Shown here piece after piece: positions 1 to 14,201 of a DNA stretch of 64,000 nt. The position numbers and the translations under genes are program-made. How positions within the stretch are numbered: position 1 is the first letter of the stretch; each line of letters begins with the position of its first letter. Below the pieces are notes generated by a model. That model saw only the letters and a program-made list of their open reading frames with translations. It was not told the origin of the DNA and made no database searches. This DNA is from Amoebidium appalachense. Lineage: Eukaryota > Protista > Ichthyosporea. Location: positions 12,697,945-12,761,944 of the forward strand of contig CAVNZM010000004.1 in NCBI GenBank assembly GCA_963693365.1, read 5' to 3'.

Positions 1-68
1 TGGCCCATTCTCTCGTCGCGAGTACATCCAGCCTTAGCTTACAGCATCGGGGTGTCTATGACAATAGG

Positions 69-126
<58 letters not shown>

Positions 127-360
127 ACACACACACAACCACACACACACACACAGGTGTACACTTTCCCCCTTTGGCCCACACTATCCCGAGCACATGC
201 AGCGCTAGCTTACAGTGGGGGTATCTACTACACCAGCCACCCCCCCCCCCCCCCCCCCCCCCCAAACACACACACACACGTCTCGGAGTCCCAGCTAGCT
301 TACTTCCCCCCCTTTGGCCCACATGCACTATCACGAGCACATGCAGCCTTAGTCCACAGC
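1..360. repeat. Degenerate tandem repeat, ~140-170 bp period, 3 partial copies, may extend left of the window
   Basis: The core TGGCCCA...CGAG(C/T)ACAT(G/C)CAGC..TAG(C)T.ACAG recurs at ~1-45, ~165-215 and ~303-360. Copies are separated by poly-C and (CA)n tracts. Confidence 0.6.
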
Positions 361-1116
361 ACAAAGGCACCGAGCCTGTCAGACACCCTGCATAGTGCAT
401 TGTCATTGTCCGACCCTGCCAGGCTACCTGCCTGCTTGCACCGCAGTCACTGAGCACATGTTCCTAGTTGCAGCTTCATGTCTCTCTACAGACATCAATA
501 TTAATGTAATCACTAAAGTGGCCCCACCCAGCCATTAAATTTTACTGAGGACGGACCAATAACAGTATACTCTGCCTGTAATTCTATCTGGTAGCGCATT
601 CTAGAGCCCGGAGAGTAGTTTGCGCGACCGTCCAATCAGCGACCCGTGGTATATTCAGATTGCCCTAGGCCGTGCGCCATGGCGGATACGAACACGGGGG
701 TGGGGGATATTGATTCTCAGACAAGTGTGCCCCGTCACATAACGAATTTACGTTTTACAGCACGTACATATTCAGGGAAGGTTTTGTGTTGAGGCCGGAG
801 GGGGGAGGGAGGGCCCCTGGGGGGTGGGTGGGTGGGTAGGTGGGTGGGGGGGGGGGGGGGGGGGGAGGGGGGGGGGGGGGGGAGATTGAGGGGGGGGGAT
901 GGGACGTTTATTAGGATGTGCTTAGCGCTAGCCAACTCAGATCCCGTCCACCCCACTGCACGTATTATTTACGGATACTGCAGTAACTTTGATGAGCTCG
1001 GCACTACATATTGGCAAGCCTTCGGAAGAACTGATTATATGTACGGGCTAAGCCGGGGCAGTGGGTGGTAGTAAAGAACCGTGGCTGGTAGACATCAATG
1101 CATATTATTTGCCTCC

Positions 1117-1155
<39 letters not shown>

Positions 1156-1309
1156 TGGGTGCCCGCCTGCCTTGCAATCACAATAGTCACCACTAACATT
1201 AGGATCATGGGAACGTGCAGAGCAGGAAAAAAAACGCAACGAACATTGAGGAGGTGCAATGTTTCCAGCTCTCGAACATATGCGCACCATAAATGTCAAT
1301 GGCGGATGT

Positions 1310-2264
1310 TTATTCAAGTTGCAGCCTTGCTCTCTTGGTATCCGGGTCACCAGCCCCACCACCCTCTCTCTTACATGACTTTCGCTCGAGCTCAAGATTG
1401 GATCGATGTATTTGCTTCAGTTTATCAACCACTAGGGACACAACCTCTTCCGACACCAAACAATTCACCACATCAACCAAGCTTAATCCCCCTCCACAAT
1501 CCTCCAATACCCCCTCACTTCTATCTCCATTATCCAAATTTCTAGAACTATCCAAAGAATTTCCACCAACCTCACTATCCACACACGCACCCAATGCCGC
1601 ATTGATAAAACCAACACATTCGCCCACCCCCGTAACCTCCTCTGTAGGATTCAGCCACCACCTGTCCTTACATTCCTCTTTACCCTCCTCATTGCCTTTT
1701 TTGGTATCCATCTCACTTTCCGCCTGCTGCATTAACCCTTGAACCACCAGCTTCACGACTGCCTCCTTAACTCTATCCACATCATCCCCCTTAACCTCCA
1801 CCCACGTGTTCACATTGATCGATTCTGTCTCTGCTCGCACTGCATGCCACCAGTGTTTTGGCACAAACAACACATCCCCTGGCTCGAGCAAGACATACAT
1901 CGGTAAATCGTCCGCATTTTGGCTTTTTTCAGCATTGTTGTGCATGTCTCCTTGGAAATCCATGCTGTGGGGACCAGATTTGGATGGTGGTGGGTATTTC
2001 ACAGGGACATCGACGGGCGAAAAGATGCTGGACTCCTCGTATGGAATGCGTGTAGGGGTCAATACACGATTTCCATGGGACGGGGGAAACAGCCACCATG
2101 ACTTGAGGCCGTGAAGCTGCAAAGAGAAACTGTGTTAGTGCATGGAGGCCAATCGTGCAGGTAAGGGCGCATGGCCCCAAAACTGGGGAATGATGGAAGG
2201 CGGCGAGGAACTTGGGAGAGGAGAGGTGTGGTGATGGTGGTGGTATCGGTAGTGTATACTTTGG

Positions 2265-2296
<32 letters not shown>

Positions 2297-2337
2297 GGAG
2301 GAGGGAGGGGGGAAGGAAGGGGGGAGGGGAAGGGGAA

Positions 2338-2375
<38 letters not shown>

Positions 2376-2470
2376 CTGAGTGGATGGATAGTTGCATAGC
2401 GTGAGTGGGTGTGTGGATGAATGGTTGGTAGGTGCATGTGTGGGGTTCAGGACTTCAGGTGTGAACGTTG

Positions 2471-2516
<46 letters not shown>

Positions 2517-2730
2517 GAAGGTAGAGTGTGTTACATAGAATTAAGTACAAATGTGTGAATTCTACCCCTCATCCCCCCGCCCTGCCCCCCTCCCCCCCCC
2601 CCCCCCCCCCCTCCTCCCCCAAAAGTAACTTGAATGCACAACCCAATCCAAATACTGCTTTACTGGAACATGAGTGGGTCACCCGTCATGATTACGAAGG
2701 AGCAAGGCTACTTAGATGAGCAGGGGTGGA

Positions 2731-2814
<84 letters not shown>

Positions 2815-4024
2815 GGGGGACGAACCTGAGCCACCAGATTGTACCCGTATGTGTCGGCATGGCCGGGTGTGAAGGCCCCCTCTGAGCCCACCCACAGTGT
2901 AGACTCTTCGCCACTTCGGTCAAGCCCAAAAAGCGACCAATCAACTGACTGCATGGCCTGATCCCATTGGTCGTTGTCGAGGAGGGCAAATAGTTCGCTC
3001 ATGTGCTTGTAGTCACCGTATCCCCAAACTTCGGAAGGGTCAAGGCCGGAGAAGGGACCTTGGGGGTCATTTCTGCCTGTGTGGGTGTGGAGGCAATGGG
3101 AGTGTGTTGATGTATGTCACATGTGGGTGTATCATATGTGGTGTATGATATGTGGGTGTATGATATGTGAGTTATGATATGTAGGTGTATGATATGTGAG
3201 TTATGATATGTGGGTGTATGATATGTGAGTCATGATATGTGGGTGTATGATATGAGTGTCATGATATGTGGGTGTATGATATGTGAGTTATGATATGTGA
3301 GTTATGATATGTGGGTGTATGATATGTGAGTTATGATATGTGGGTTTATGATATGTGAGTTATGATATGTGGGTGTATGATATGTGAGTTATGATATGTG
3401 GGTGTATGATATGTGAGTTATGATATGTGAGTTATGATATGTGGGTGTATGATATGCGGGCGACGGAGCCATGCATCCAAGTTAGGATACATAATGAGTC
3501 TAAGATGTTGACAGGAAGTCTGGGACAGGTTTTTTTTTTTTTTTTTTTTTTTCCTGAAGGGGGGGGGGGCGGGGGGGTTGAGAGAGTAGGTCAGTGAATG
3601 TACAATTACATCGTACTACCCTGGAAAGAGCCGGAAGTGGAATGTAAATAGGCAGAGGAGCGAGAGCGCGACCATGGTGGTGGTGTGTGTGTGCGCGCGC
3701 GCGCGTGTGAGTGAGTGAGTGAGTGTGTGTGTGTGTGTGTGTGTGCAAGCGCATATGAGCGTGTTTCATTTGGATGGTTGGTGTGTGTATGGGTGTGTTT
3801 GGGGGGGGGGGGGGGGGCTCTCTTTCTATGTCATTCGCCTTTTACATCTTTCTTCCTTTTCTTTTCTTTCTTTTTTTGGCGGCAGAGGAGGGGGTTGGGG
3901 GGGGGGAGGGGGGGGGGGGCAGGGGACAGAGGGCAGGGAGGCAGGATGAATCTTTCTATTCCGTTCCCTTTCCTTATTTCGTTCATCCTTCTTTTTTCGT
4001 TCATTTCTTCATTTTTATTGCAAA

Positions 4025-4059
<35 letters not shown>

Positions 4060-4153
4060 TGGATGTCCCAACGACGAGGGTACCTTGAAAGAACAAACTG
4101 CACATGAAAGGTGCAAGGAGGCCCCCTTATCCCCCCCCCCCCCCCCCACCCCC

Positions 4154-4203
<50 letters not shown>

Positions 4204-4621
4204 CCCTTTCTCTGCCCCAACACACCAAAAAAAAAAAAACATCCTGTGCCCAAGCATTTATCACACACTCAAACTGCCTCCACAAGAACAACAATATCCA
4301 CACAGAATGGAGCCAAAAGGCAGAGAAGGAGGACTAGGATGGTTTAGGGGGTGAGGAAGGTGTGTGTGTGTGTAAAGGGGGGGAGGGGGGAAGGGGGGGG
4401 AATATTGTAAAATACCTTGCATCCAGTCTATGAAGTCAGCAAAGGTGCCCACACGGTAGACACTCTCTGCCTCCCAGCCAGTGGTCACCCTGCCAGGCAA
4501 CCCATCAGCACACAGTGACCGGAGACACAGAGGTGGGGTTGGACTGCCACACTCTCCGATTGAAAAAAAGGTTTATCATCGAGCAGGCAACTCATACATG
4601 CACTCGTTTATACACTCAAAT

Positions 4622-4656
<35 letters not shown>

Positions 4657-5207
4657 AGCTCCCCTCTCATCTCTGCCACCTCCCCTCCCCACCCGCCCGA
4701 TCCCTCTGCACGCACTCGCAACACACATATACCACAACTCCAATAACATAATAATCGCTTCAACACACAGGACACAGACAACCTCCCCTCGTTGCCCCCC
4801 GCCCCACTTCTACCGGTAGAGTAGAATATAAAATTCTGATAAACGAAATAGAAAACGAAAGAACTATCCCCTCCGGCATCTCTCTCCACACCCATCCGCA
4901 CCTACTCCAAGTCAACCCCCTTGGCCCACCAGCCCCTCACAGATCACATGTTATCCGTAAAACACCCCCCTCCCCCCTCCCCCCCCTCCCCCCCCTCCCC
5001 CTCCCCCCCCCCCCTCCTTCCCACCCCCTTTTATCTGCTGCTGCACACTCACGAAAACTGGCCATCATCTTCTACCTTCTCTCACACACAGATTTAGTTA
5101 TCTCATGGATAACGACTAACCGGGAGGAATCTCATGCAACAAGGAACCCTATTGATGTGGCAACGATGGCCGGTGAAGAGCACGGAAAGGGGGGGAGGGG
5201 GGGAGGT

Positions 5208-5254
<47 letters not shown>

Positions 5255-5257
5255 GGG

Positions 5258-5294
<37 letters not shown>

Positions 5295-5386
5295 AGAGAG
5301 GGAGGGGGGGGGGGGGGGGGAGAGAGAGAGAGAGAGCAAGAGAGCGAGAGAGAGAGAGAGAGCGAGAGAGAGAGAAAGAGCGAGAG

Positions 5387-5482
<96 letters not shown>

Positions 5483-5486
5483 TAAT

Positions 5487-5552
<66 letters not shown>

Positions 5553-5984
5553 GGGGGGAGGGAGGGAGGGAGGGAGGGAGGGAGGGAGGGAGAGGGAAAG
5601 GGGGGGGGGGGGGGGGGGGGAGGGGACCGGGACTCCATTAGGTCAGTAATTTCCCCAGTGTGCCAAGGTAGAAATAGGAGAGATGAGAGGAGAGAGCAGG
5701 GGAGCATCCTTGCTTGAAGCCTGAAAAGACGACACTTTGATTATAAGACGCTTTTGTAAGAGAATACATCGATGGGAAGCACTTATGAACCTTTGTCTGG
5801 GCTGGAAACGAAACCTTGTCTTCACCCCTCCGTATTCTGCTTTGAACTTTGGTGGGTTCCATTGTGCTGCCGCCCAGGAGCTTGTGGCGTTTTTGAAAAC
5901 CAAGGGCTCTGTTGCTGACTCAAAGAAGTCGGGCCATTCTTTTGGGTGTAGCTCTGTGATAGACACAGTCTTGACTTGATGCAT
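1310..5984 (-). CDS. HSPBAP1: HSPBAP1-like JmjC-domain 2-oxoglutarate/Fe(II) oxygenase; exons 5984-5791, 4489-4416, 3076-2826, 2116-1310 (~441 aa)
   Basis: Four exons join in frame through GT-AG introns. Motifs: YGDYKHM, STLWVGSEGAFTPGHADTYGYNLVAQ (HxD), KSWWLFPP, PTRIPYEESSIFS (characteristic of HSPBAP1) and LEPGDVLFVPKHWWHAV (third Fe ligand). Confidence 0.92.
3121..3457. repeat. Intronic minisatellite of interleaved 14/15-bp units
   Basis: About 22 copies of ATGATATGTGGGTGT / ATGATATGTGAGTT lie in HSPBAP1 intron 2. Confidence 0.9.
5262..5541. repeat. (GA)n microsatellite with poly-G interruptions
   Basis: Read directly; lies in HSPBAP1 intron 1. Confidence 0.9.
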
Positions 5985-6738
5985 GTTTTCTGACCTTGAA
6001 CTGTGTGCACGTGTGTAGTTGTTACGGTGTATGTTGTGAGTGGTGTGGGGTCCGACGTAACATGGGAAAAAAGTCGTTCGACTTCGCACTATGATGCTTC
6101 GCACTTGTGAGCACTGCAGTGAGAAGGCTTGTCCCGGAATGTTTTGTTTTGGTGAGAAGGCTTGTGTGCACCGGCCCGGAATGTTTTGTTTTGGTGCAGA
6201 TTTAGCCAATCCGTAAACGACTTCAGACGCACCAAAAAAGGCAACAATTTAAAAAACTTTACTTCTATAGTAATCTTTACGCGCTTCTAATTGGCTACAG
6301 TGTTTGCCAGAAATATCGGGGGCTGCCCTCTGCCCAAGGCCTCTCATGGGCAGCTACAACATGCTAAGTACATAGGCCTCACTCAGCTATTGACCGAGTA
6401 ATATAAATTCTTAGAGATGCAATATATATCTAAAATTCTGAATATTTTTGCTCGTTTTTATGTATTGTTAATCGCTTTTTTGAACTCCCCTGCCTGCGAG
6501 GGCGGCGGGCACGGCCCACGTAGGTATGATTTTTTCTGCCCAGATCGGCATGCCGGAAACCCCATGAGCCACATTCCATAGATGACGGGCACAGCCTCTC
6601 TGGGTATATAAAGCCACTACAGTGAGACGCCCAGAGCAGAACTGACCAGAACAGACAAAAGCAAGCGCACCGCGCAACAAAGCAACAACACATTCGAACA
6701 AAACTCCAGCACTCCTAATAATATTTTAATATTTCAGA
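5985..6738. promoter_or_regulatory. Divergent intergenic promoter region with TATA box at 6605-6613
   Basis: 754 bp between head-to-head ATGs. TATATAAAG lies ~130 bp upstream of ATG 6739. CCAAT/ATTGG at ~6206 and ~6290; short duplication GTGAGAAGGCTTGT..CCCGGAATGTTTTGTTTTGGTG at ~6119-6196. Confidence 0.5.
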
Positions 6739-7359
6739 ATGATTTCCCCCAAGACCGTCGCTGTCATGGCCCTGTCTTCCGCCCTTGCGGTGACAGTGTC
6801 TGGCATGGGCCATTCCATCGGCGAGTGCACGCTGACGCAGGGATACGCGTTGCAGTACATCGACATCTCAGTGCAGAATCCTGTCACCGTCACCACAGAG
6901 ACACTACGGGTCACGCCAAAGGCGGTAGGGAGCAACAGCTATGCGTATGCAACCATCAACGCACAGCAGGGATATGACGTCACGGTGAACTATGTGTTCA
7001 GCCAGTCCATCCTCCCTGTGCCCTACAACGGCACCAACCCCAGCAACTGGAACACAGTCACGTGGGTGGGGTTCATGCACAGCAACTACAACACGGGGGA
7101 GTGCATCAGTGCCACCGGCCTCTCCAGATACCTGCCAAGCGGTGGGCTCACGTATGCGGACGAGGGACGGGACTATGCATACACAGAGGGGATGTTTGCA
7201 GCGCTGGACAGCAGCAGGAACACAGCCGGGTTCAAACTGGCCTTCAACTGGTTCAATGCCACACAGTACCCCGGGGCATGTGGGTCGAGTGCCACCCACG
7301 GTTCAACACCACTGACCCAGTGCCTTGTGCCGGATGTTTTGCTTGGTGTGAGCGCATAG
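6739..7359 (+). CDS. Putative secreted protein of unknown function, 206 aa, single exon
   Basis: Uninterrupted non-repetitive ORF with GC3-rich codons. Signal-peptide-like N-terminus (MISPKTVAVMALSSALAVTVSG), 4 Cys, N-glycosylation sequons NGT and NAT. TATA upstream and AATAAA at ~7457. Confidence 0.8.
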   Translation: MISPKTVAVMALSSALAVTVSGMGHSIGECTLTQGYALQYIDISVQNPVTVTTETLRVTPKAVGSNSYAYATINAQQGYDVTVNYVFSQSILPVPYNGTNPSNWNTVTWVGFMHSNYNTGECISATGLSRYLPSGGLTYADEGRDYAYTEGMFAALDSSRNTAGFKLAFNWFNATQYPGACGSSATHGSTPLTQCLVPDVLLGVSA

Positions 7360-8758
7360 GTAGTATCGGGCATATTCTGTGCATGTATTGTGTGATGTTG
7401 CATTATATATAGATACCCATTCGTCAACCAACAACTTGCGCTATCTCCATAGCCTGAATAAACGTAATACAGGCATACTGTAACATTTTACTAAAATACT
7501 TATATAACGATGATTTCACACATATGTATATGTGCGCATGCGTATGTCATTGCAGCCCAACGTTACCAGCTATGATTCTTGTCACCTTGGAGGTTACCGA
7601 TAGATCTTGTCATTAAAAACATCATCTAATTTACGAGGGACATACATGGATTCGATTCTGTGCAGTTGCAGCCACATGTACAAGTCACGAGAAACGATCA
7701 CGCAAAAAAAAGAAGAACAGATAAAGAGAAGAAAAGCATCAACTGCAACTCTGGCAAGCTGTGCCGCATTAAATTTTTTGAACATCAGGGCCGCGTTCAT
7801 GACCTGTGAAGCTGTGCATACTGCGAGCTGAAACCATGACGGGTTGTGGATGTACTTTGATTTCAATGGCAAAAAGCATCAGGCCCGGGTACCATATCAG
7901 GAGCGGGCAATTTTTGAATTCTCCCTCCCCGGCCCCGCCGGGGAAAATTTGAGGTTTTTGGACCTCAAAGAAGTCAAATCCTGCAAAATCCACTACCGGG
8001 AGGCCAAAAAGGGTGATTTTACAAAAAATGAGGGACATACATGAAAAAGAGAAAATGGGCGAGTTCAGTGGGCTGCCGATAAGTATATCTCGTGCTGGGC
8101 CGGTATACATGCTGCCGTGGTTGTTGCTGTAGACGGCAGTATGGCATCGCATGTGTCACGTGACCTGCACGTGAATGCGACCATGTGCAGGCACTGAGTC
8201 TAGGGGGATTTGTATGTGTGTTTTGGAGCACCGACAAGGCAGAGCCAGGGTGAGGGATGTGTAAACATGGAGTTTAGGGAGATCGTGCTGCTATTGTAAC
8301 ATGTGCACAAAACAGCCACGTGCACCGGCACACTCCGGTGTACAGAACAATAATATGCACATGCGTCACTGTAATATCATGTATGCGCATGCCGCACAAG
8401 GTTTAGGAGACCACCACAGTATATACTATTTTCTTTTGGTTGATATCCATGTAGGAATGGTGTGTTGCAGTTGTCATGATCAGCCTGAGGCAGGCACGTG
8501 CACTCACTGAAACACTAGAACTCATGAATAAAAAATACATTCGCTAAAAACGGCAAGGTAAATTTGGGGCCAAGCTATTATTTCCCCCTTTTAAACGTTT
8601 TTTTAGCTCCAAGAACTTCGACGCCAAAATTTCTATATTTGGCCATCGTATATGATAATGAACACGTGTACTTAAATTAAAGTAGTTATATAAATATGAG
8701 CGGCCCGTTACAAATACAGTGACGAAAAACAGTGACCCACGAGCAGTTTTTCTTTCTA

Positions 8759-8816
<58 letters not shown>

Positions 8817-10146
8817 ACACACACCAGACACACACACCACCACCACGGTGACCACCACCACCACCACCACCACCACTCACCCCTTAAAAAAACCACACAC
8901 ATACGTGCACGTGTACACACACACACAGAACACCACCACCACCTCCACTGGACCCCATTTCCTCGTTGTTTTCTTAAGCCTTCAGACCAGTCCTGCACAC
9001 TGGAGTTAAACAATTGAATTCACCTAGGCTGACATGCATCCACCCCCCGCCTTCCACTTCCCTCCCCCCCACCCCCTCCCCCCACCCCCCCCCACCCCCA
9101 CCCCCTCCCCCTCGATGAAGAAGGGCCCCCGTAAGCCTTGGGGGGGGGGGGGGGGGGGGGGAGAGGGGAGGAGAGGGGGAGCTCTTGAGCCTCCGGGTAG
9201 GGAAGTGGGGTCCGGGGATCCGGAGAGGGAGGGGGGGGGGGGGGGGGGAAGGGGCATATAATATTGGGCCTAGATATCATAGTATGGGGCCCCGGGGGAG
9301 GGGGAGAGGTGGGGGGGGGGAGGGGGGAGGATCCACGGGAAAGACCTTTAGGTGCATGTTCTTATTTATACCCCCTTCGAATCATCCCCCTCTCCCCCCC
9401 CCCTCCCCCCCCCCTGAGTGCAGGCCGTGACGTAGCTACGATAACCCTGCAGAAGGCAACAAAAATGTATTAATTACTAGCACTATACATGTGTTCATAG
9501 TGCAGCTTGCACCACGTATGATCTCAGCAACTTTAAAGTAGTCACAAAGTTTAGTTATTTTCATTATTTTCATTGCTCTGAACTCTATTACTCTGAAATG
9601 ATCACCGTGCATGTGCCGCAAGATAACAACCCTATATGTGTGCAGCTGCTGCCTGCAGGTTAGACTCGCTGAAAAGACAATTGTCAGTGTGCATCCGACG
9701 CTTGCAGCTGCAGCTAGCCTCTGCAACATTAATACTTGCCAAGTGAATGCTCTTACACTTGATCATCATTCACTCAAAAAACCGAGGACCGACAGATTAA
9801 ATATTAATGTCGATCCGAATGATCAGCAAGTGTCTATGCGTACTACTATATATACACACACGTAAAATGCGAAGCTATCAGTTACAAGGCACACCTGCTG
9901 CACTGGCACACATACACATACACACCGGCAGATCGATGCTGTCAAAATTTACTTTCATGTACTTCGTAGGTCCGACACAGGTGCACATGAACACGTACAT
10001 ATGTACAAGCCGCGCACACACCACACCACACATACACACACACACACACACACTCACACACACACACGCACACACGCACACACGCACACACGCACACACG
10101 CACGCACGCACGCACACACACACACACACACACGCACGCACGCGCG

Positions 10147-10223
<77 letters not shown>

Positions 10224-10526
10224 CACTGGGTGCGCTCGCTGGGGATTAGTTTTTTGGCACGCTGTTGACTTTATCGTGTGTTTATTATTTGCTATTTATT
10301 GGCCAGCGGCCAACATTTAAAAATATACTATATACCTAAAAATAGATACTGACTACGGCCAGCAGACATTATACACCTTCCAGGACACATTAACACCAAT
10401 AGTCTAACACACCATACTCTCGATCACAAAGAATTCCTAACAAACAGAGAAAAGTGCAAAGGCTCTGTACTATTACTCAGATTCTAAATTTTAATTCTTT
10501 ACAGTAAACTTCGGAATGAAAGCTAG

Positions 10527-10562
<36 letters not shown>

Positions 10563-10641
10563 CATGACTGTACGAAGAACAGGTATAACTTGAAGCACTA
10601 CAACACATATGAGATCCGTTACATTGGTGTACATTCCAATA

Positions 10642-12311
10642 TTAGACACTAGTTTGGCTACTCTGACTACTCTGAGATCCTGATTGGCTGCCTGCAGACT
10701 TGCGGCCACGATTACTTTGCTTTCGATCGTGCCATTGCAGCTGCGTCTCTCCAGCAGGTGGCAACGCCAGGCCCAGCACAGCAGATGCACGAGAAGGGGG
10801 TGGGAACTGCCCACCAGCCGAGGGCTGGCCCACATGGCCCAAGTAAGGATGGGGACCGTGCTGCGGCAGTAGCCCAGGCATGGGGAAGGCAGGGCCGGGC
10901 TGAGGCGGCATGATGCCCCACGGTGGGGGCCAGCCATGTGGGTGGTGCGGGCCTGGATGGGGTGCAGGGGGCATGTGCGGCACATGGCCCTGCTGCATGT
11001 CAAGCGCGGGTGCTGGTGGCATGGCATCCTGATTGGCTGCAACCCAACGTGGGCAGCTCTTGGCCCGATTGGAGCCGGGGCAGCCCTTGCCCTGGCGGCC
11101 ACACGTCTTGCAGGTCTTGGGGGCTCTCTGGGGTGGCTGCATAGGAGGGGGCACCGGCAAATCCATCTGCAGGGGCCCCTCAGGGCCAATGTTGCGATGC
11201 TTTTTGCCCACTAGCATGGGCAAGGGCCGCTCACGCTGCGCCCCTGCATCGACACCGTCTGGAACAGGGAGGGGTGGCAAGGGGGCAGGCCGTATGGTTG
11301 CTGGCACAGCGTCTGCCCTCTCCTCGCGCATACGCTTGCGGTGATCTGCCAGGCCCTCGTGTGTGGAGCGCTGTGCATGTGCCGTCTGCCAGGTCTTCCA
11401 CTTGTCGAAATGCTTCTTGATGTAGGCCGCATCCTTCATGTAGATTCCCCCAGCCACAGAGGCAGCCTTGTTGAAGTCTTGGGCCAAAGCCTCGAACAGC
11501 TGGCCGTTGGGCTTTGCATGTGCCTTGTAGGTGCCCAGGAGCAGCGTGCTGAATAGCTTGAGCTCCTGAGGGGTAAGCACCGGAAGGAAGGGGATGGCCA
11601 CATGTTGCTTCTGCGCCAGGAACTTGTAGTCGCCCCTCAGTGCAGGGTCCGGCTGTGGTGCACCACGCGCCACCTGGTTGCCCCCCCCCCATGGCAGCAC
11701 CGTCACCCTCCTCGACCTCACAGTCCTCTGGCCCGCCCATCACGCCATTGGCTGCAGGCTCGATGTTATCAGACGGAGGTGGGGGTGCGGGCACCGCAAC
11801 TGGCTCCTGCGCCGGGGCATTGGCCACACAGGAGAGCGGGGCAAAGTTGAAGTACTCCTCCGGTAGCTTGTAGCAGCCTACGGGTACCCACTGGGGGTCG
11901 AGGTGATGGCCGTACAGCATCAGCGCCAGTGCCTCCATGTCGTCAACAATCCAGGGGCTGTAGTGGGGGGGCCCCGATGCCTGGCCCAGGCGGTTGCGGT
12001 AGTGTGCACGCAGGTTGTGGCGGTGGCGCCTATTGGACATGGTGGCGTCCAGCAGGCGCAGCGACATGCGTGTGGCCCCAAAGTGGGTGGCCAGGGGGTT
12101 GTGCACTGCCCCCTCCACCTCGTTGGTGCCCCGGATGCAGCGGTAGCGCATGAGCCCATCTGCGTCGGCAGTGGTCTCGTAGTAGAGGGGCAGGCCGGGG
12201 GGGTCCGACAGACAGCCATTTTGGGCGTGTTCGAGCAGCGACTGTGGGGGCACAAGCAAACATCAGAGAGATGGGTGGGTGGTGGTGGTGGTAGTGTGTG
12301 TGTATGTGTGT

Positions 12312-12342
<31 letters not shown>

Positions 12343-12423
12343 GGGGGGGGATGGGGTTGCTAAGGAAAAAAACGAGCAGGGAAAGGCAAAAAACAACTGG
12401 CTAGGCAGCAAGGGCCGTGCGGG

Positions 12424-12493
<70 letters not shown>

Positions 12494-13082
12494 ATGTTTG
12501 GGGGGGGGGAGGGGGGGGGGGGGGGGGGAGGCTAGGGTGTGCGTGTGTGTGCAGATGAACCAAGGATGACAAATAAGCGAAGAATCTTTTCTGTGGTGGT
12601 GGAGTTGTTGGGCGCCTGCAGGGGGGGGGGGGGGGGGGGGGGGGGGGATGTTGCCTCGAGTCTTTCAAAGCCATCCTTCTTGAACAGAGGCTTGCCATCC
12701 GGTCCGGGCGGCACATCCTTGTAGGTGTTTTTGAACTCCACCAGCCGCGAGACCAGCGTGTATGGGTCGGGAATAACCCGCCGGATGCGCTCCATGAAGT
12801 AGCTCAGGTCGCCGCCCTTGAGCTCGGTTTCAATGTCGATGCCCTTCTGCTCCAGCACCCCCTGTGAGGCAGGATGCCAATATTAATTTACTACGCACAC
12901 TGCAATTTGGGTTTGGTAGACTTTGATACCTGCCGTTATTGTAGGACCCCTCCCCTCCACCCCCCCCATCTTCTCCCCCAACACAAGTAAAAAATGCATG
13001 TGGCTATTTCCCCCCACAACCCTACATTATTTCTCTCTAGGCATATGAATAACCCCCACTCTCCTCCCCCCTCCCCCCCCCC

Positions 13083-13116
<34 letters not shown>

Positions 13117-14166
13117 TGCCCCCCCTCTCTCTGAGGCTCAGGCTCTCTCTCTTCCCTCAGAAGTTTTGTCGAAGGTGTGCATGGTTGTGGGTGGAATGGT
13201 GAGTGTGTGCTAACGAGTGTATGTGTGTGTGCGCGTCAGTCACGCATGTTGTTGTTGCCGTTTTTTTTATTTTTATTTTTTATTTTTTATTTTGGGGGGG
13301 GGGGGAGGGGGGGGGGGGCACCTTCACATGTCCGTAATCCTCTTCATTCCACACAAATATTGCCTCGCTGAGTGCGCGTGCGTACTCAGCCCTGCGGGGG
13401 TGTGACTTGTACGTGCCGTCCGCCGTGTTTGCAATGGAGTGGAAGGCGTCATTCAGCACAGTCTGCCACACCACCTCCCCAGGCGGTGCCTGGCCCAACA
13501 TGCCCTCTCTGGGAGCTGCCTCGGGTCCCCCTGGGGCTGCCTCAAGGCCCCCCGGGGCTGCCTGGGGGTCCTGGGGGGGTGCCTGTGGGCCGGCAAGGGG
13601 TTGCTGCTGCTCGGCAGGGGGAGGACTGGCAGGGGGAGGGGCTGGGTCAGGGACCACCGGCACCTCGGCACCTGGGTCCGGTGGGGGCTGAATGGGCCGT
13701 AGCCACTGCAGGTGCACCATCAGCTCAAAGGGCGGCGGGCCCAGCTCTCCCAGGGTCTTGCCCTTGTCGGGGCCAAAGGGCACCTGCATGGCCGGCGACA
13801 GCACCTGATCCACCCGCACCACTGCATGCTTCTTGCCCACCTTCATGCCCCCCCAGCGCTCCGGCTGCACAGCCAGCACCACCCCGGTGGCTGCTGCAGC
13901 ATGTGGGCCCCGCCGGGGCACAATCTCAACCCCTTCACCGAGTGCCTTTGCATGAAGCCGCGCTGCATGTCATAGAGGGAAGCAAAAAACTCAGCCAAAA
14001 AGCCACAGCACCAACGTTTTTCTCTTCGCTCCACAAAAATCAAATGCATATTCCTTAGCAACCCCCTCTCCCCCCCCCCCCCCCCCCCTTCTCCCTCCCC
14101 CCCCCCCCCCCCCCCTCTCCCAGTGCCCAGCTTGTGTGGCACTTGCACGTGTTAACAGTGCTATAG

Positions 14167-14201
<35 letters not shown>

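Noticed and set aside
7880-8103. Small hAT-like MITE (CAGGCCCGG...CTGGGCCGG)
   Set aside because: Only 7/9 terminal match and no 8-bp TSD.
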